From the human T2T-CHM13v2.0 reference genome, Homo sapiens: DNA of 64,000 nucleotides. Within the stretch, counting starts at the first letter, position 1. Every line of letters begins with the position of its first letter. Below, one piece after another: positions 60,353 to 64,000 of this stretch. The stretch lies in NCBI RefSeq assembly GCF_009914755.1, contig NC_060938.1; one strand, written 5' to 3'. Both the position numbers and the translations under genes were made by a program. The notes beneath the pieces were generated by a model. The model worked only from the letters and a program-made list of their open reading frames with translations, was not told the DNA's origin and searched no databases.

Positions 60353-60760
60353 GAGGCAATGATTAGAAATGTCTCCCTTATGAGAGGAACTACAGTAGAT
60401 TCTACTGTACAGGCTATAGTTACACAACAGACTTTAAATTCTCATGTGAAAATGATGCTAAATAATAGAATTGGCTAAATAGAGAAGTATATGTGCAGCT
60501 GCTGGCACTTATGGCCTATGGAGAAGACACTGGGTATTATAGAGATTCAGTTGTAGGGGATTAATGAAAAGACTAGTTAGTTAAGCAACTAGACTCTTTA
60601 TCTAGCTCATTCTTTGATCTATTTGATTTTAGGTGGTTTGGTTTATGGGAACCCATGGTAAGGAGCATACTCCAAACTCTTGGTATTATCCTCTCAATAG
60701 TCATAATATTCTCTGGTGCACTGTATTCTCTCAAATGTTTTAAGTGTTTGCATGCAGCCA
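60353..60760 (+). pseudogene. ERV env transmembrane-subunit relic
   Basis: EAMIRNVSL...AIVTQQTLNSHVKMMLNNRIG* (heptad leading into the ISD), then SICAAAGT and a hydrophobic anchor RSILQTLGIILSIVIIF. Confidence 0.75.
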
Positions 60761-60950
60761 TGTCTAGAATGCCAAATGGTCTCTCTTCAACTGGAATGAC
60801 AAGAACTGAAAGAAATGTGTGACCATGAGGACACTGTAGCTTATGAATGACAACCTGAGACCAGAAACCCAAAATGATGGTAACTGAGAGTGGCACTGAG
60901 TGACTAAATTTTGGTAACACTCTCACCTAAGTGAGAACCTGATGAAAAAG

Positions 60951-61309
<359 letters not shown>

Positions 61310-61622
61310 TGAGCTTATGCACTAGGCCCCAAGAAACCAAACCAAACAAAAATGGAGTTGCTTTTGCTAAATGTGACATAATCAAACTGACACTTTAAGT
61401 AAACTCATAGATCCTAGAATGAACCAGGTTTTGTTTTTCTCCTGTAAACAGGATGCTGCAGCATAAAGAGGTACCCTCTACTCAGTCCTTGTTCCTACCT
61501 TTGAAAAATTCACTGTTCTACTGTTTCCAAGTGGGTTTCAAAACCAAAAAGTATATTAATGATGGTAATATGACATCAATAATTGAAGTTTTGGTCAATC
61601 TCTCAAAATTGAGAAAATGACC

Positions 61623-61634
61623 AAAAGGGGAGAA
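61623..61634 (+). other. Retroviral polypurine tract
   Basis: AAAAGGGGAGAA just before the 3' LTR start TGTTAAAG. Confidence 0.85.
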
Positions 61635-62985
61635 TTGTTAAAGCAAACTAAATGTGGCCTGAGAATATACTTCTATATTTGAGTCCTTGTGGATGAACTG
61701 CAAACTAGCTTGATAGGTAGACAAGATTGAAAACCTAACTTTGGCGTATGCAACAATAGCTGAGTCTTGGCCAATTCCAGCAGCCATACTTCAACCACTC
61801 ATACACTGCTGAGTGTTCAAACTGTGTTCAAATAAGGCAAATGCCGAGCTGTAACCAATCCAGTTGTTTCTGTATCTCACTTCTGATTTCTGTATGTCAC
61901 TTTCCTTTTTTTTTTTGTCTATAAATTTGTTTTTACCACGAGGCATCTCTGTAGTCTCTCCAAATCTGCTGTGATTCTGGGGGCTACCTGATTCACAGAT
62001 CGTTCTTTGCTCAATTAAACTCCTTTAAATTTAATTCAGCTGAAGTTTTTCTTTTAACAAGGGAATGCTTTCAATTTTTCCCCATTAAGTATGATGTTGG
62101 TTGTGGTTTTGTCATACATGACCTGTATTGTGTTGAGGTACATTCCTTCTATGCCTAGCTTGTTGAAAATTTTTATCATGAAGGGTGTGCTGAATTTAAT
62201 CAAATCCTTTTTCTGTATTGAGATGATCATATGGTTTTTGTTTTTAATTCTGTTAATATGATATATCATATTTATTGATCTGCATATGTTGAACCATCCT
62301 TGCATTCCTGTGATGAATCCCACCTATTCATGGTATATTATCTTTTTGATGTGCTGTTGAATTTGGTTTGCTAGTATTCTGTTGAGGAATTTTACATCTG
62401 TGTTCATCAGGGATATTGGTCTGTAGTTTTCTTTTTTTTATTTTATCCTTATCTGATTTTGGCATGAGGGAGGTACTGACATTGTGGAATGAGTTAAAGA
62501 AAATTCATTCCTCCTTGATTTTTTGGAATAGTTTCAAGAGGATTGGTATTAATTCTTTGTATATTTGATAGAATTTGGCTGTGAATTCATCTGGTCCTCG
62601 GCTGTTTTTTTTGGTTGAGAGGTTTTTATATTCCTGATTAAATCTCGCTATTCGTTATTGGTCTGTTCAGGAGTTAGTTCTATTTCTTCCTGTTTCAATC
62701 TTGGTAGGTTGTGTGTTTCCAGGAATTTATCTATTTCATCTAGATTTTCTAGTTTGTGAGCTTATAGTTGTTCATAATAGGAGGAGGAGAAGATTCTTAC
62801 TGATAATTTGGATACTGAAGGTGAAAGAATGTTAGGAATAAAATAAAATTGAGGAATATAAATGATACAATGTTAAAAGAAGACAGAGGAAACTTATGGG
62901 GAGATAGATTCTAAGACTTGAACAGGATGAAAATCAGACTTGGTGCCTGGCTGCCAAGCTGTAGTATTTTCCAGAAGCAGCTATG

Positions 62986-63059
62986 TTTCTCTGATTGAAA
63001 CATGTGGGAATGTACCAGGGTGCATTTCCCTGATTGAAACACGTGGAAATATACTCAGG
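62986..63059. repeat. Diverged 39-bp tandem duplication carrying E-boxes
   Basis: TTTCTCTGATTGAAACATGTGGGAATGTACCAGG / TTTCCCTGATTGAAACACGTGGAAATATACTCAGG. Confidence 0.8.
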
Positions 63060-63116
63060 AACCTCCTTACTGCTCAGATTTCACTCACAAACTCAAACCT
63101 CAGGATTTTTTCAATA

Positions 63117-63135
63117 CAACCACTAGGTGGCACTA
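63117..63135 (+). promoter_or_regulatory. Putative CTCF-binding site
   Basis: CAACCACTAGGTGGCACTA matches the CTCF core CCACYAGRKGGCRCTA. Confidence 0.55.
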
Positions 63136-64000
63136 ATGGTACATTCTCTATATAAAGCTGCTATTAACTTGAAGGATCTCTTTCCTGTTGCTGAATTTGC
63201 TCTGGGGTCACAGTAGGGGATCCTAGTTCTAGTACCTCCTGGCTATACCATGAGTAAATGATTTAATACTAATATAACCCGTGTGTTCTTAGAGGAAATG
63301 ACTTTTATTCTGAGTCTTCCTAGAGAATGTGACTTAAAAATTTATTGAGCACACTTCCCCTATATTTGTAAAATAATAACATAACTTTAAGTCAAGATTG
63401 GTCTGTGAGCAACTTGCTTTTTTTGTATGTGCTTTCAGATGGACAAGTATTGTAGAAGGATTTTTTTTTTCCTGCAGTATCTCCACAGGAGAAGAAGAGA
63501 ATCTCTTAGATTAATCCCTCAGGGGCAGATTTCTTGGTATTTAGTTGATTTTTAATTATACTTATGGTACAAGGACTTGACTGAAAACCTTTTAAGGCAT
63601 TATGGCTGGCATTATCTTTGAAACAATATTTCTATATTTTTTATCACCGCCTACTCAAGCAAGCAGTCAATTTTGGGCTCATTGCTTCAGAGGAGGAATG
63701 TAGCAGGACAGGAAATAGATGCATGTTGTGAATCTCTCTGAGTATTGTGTTTCAAAATTCTAAATCTTAATATGAAGAGGATTTATGGGAATAGAACAAG
63801 TGCTGATCAGAAGCTGGGAAGACATCAAGGTTATATACCATGTCCCAGACTAGAAAGAACTTTCTTCAGGATGGGAAGTAAAAAGGGATAGAGGCCCATG
63901 GGACCAGGGAAAAGAGGGACCTGGGGCAAGAAGGACCTAGGGCTTGCTTCCAGTGCCATTAGGGTGGCTGCAAAACCCTACAGAGGGAGTGGGAATCCTC

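Overview
Human genomic DNA: an SVA with SVA_F-type diagnostic bases (a human-specific subfamily) is present. The window is AT-rich, intronic or intergenic, and dominated by transposable elements. I can recognise no host protein-coding exon, RNA gene or CRISPR array. The long ORFs are L1 ORF2 remnants or translations of Alu, SVA and LTR sequence. Main landmarks: (1) scattered Alu/MIR/L2/MaLR/ERV1 LTR copies at 1-24 kb, including an LTR1 nested in a MER50 LTR; (2) a young 5'-inverted L1PA2-like insertion at 20.2-21.15 kb; (3) a 5'-truncated SVA_F at 25.0-27.1 kb with a short foreign 5' segment inside its target-site duplication (TSD); (4) a near full-length L1MA-type element at 27.3-35.7 kb containing a HERV-K(HML-2) LTR5 and two Alus; (5) a TE-poor stretch at about 37-45 kb with weak exon-like signals; (6) a 17.6-kb nest at 45.1-62.8 kb, in which an L1PB contains a two-LTR MER57 provirus, which contains a full-length L1PA6 with an open antisense ORF0, which contains an AluY; (7) a CTCF-like motif near 63.1 kb. 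I found no evidence for a new biological system. The noteworthy items are retrotransposition and repair signatures plus a possible L1 antisense-promoter/ORF0 chimeric transcript. Subfamily names come from my recollection of consensus sequences and need RepeatMasker/Dfam confirmation.
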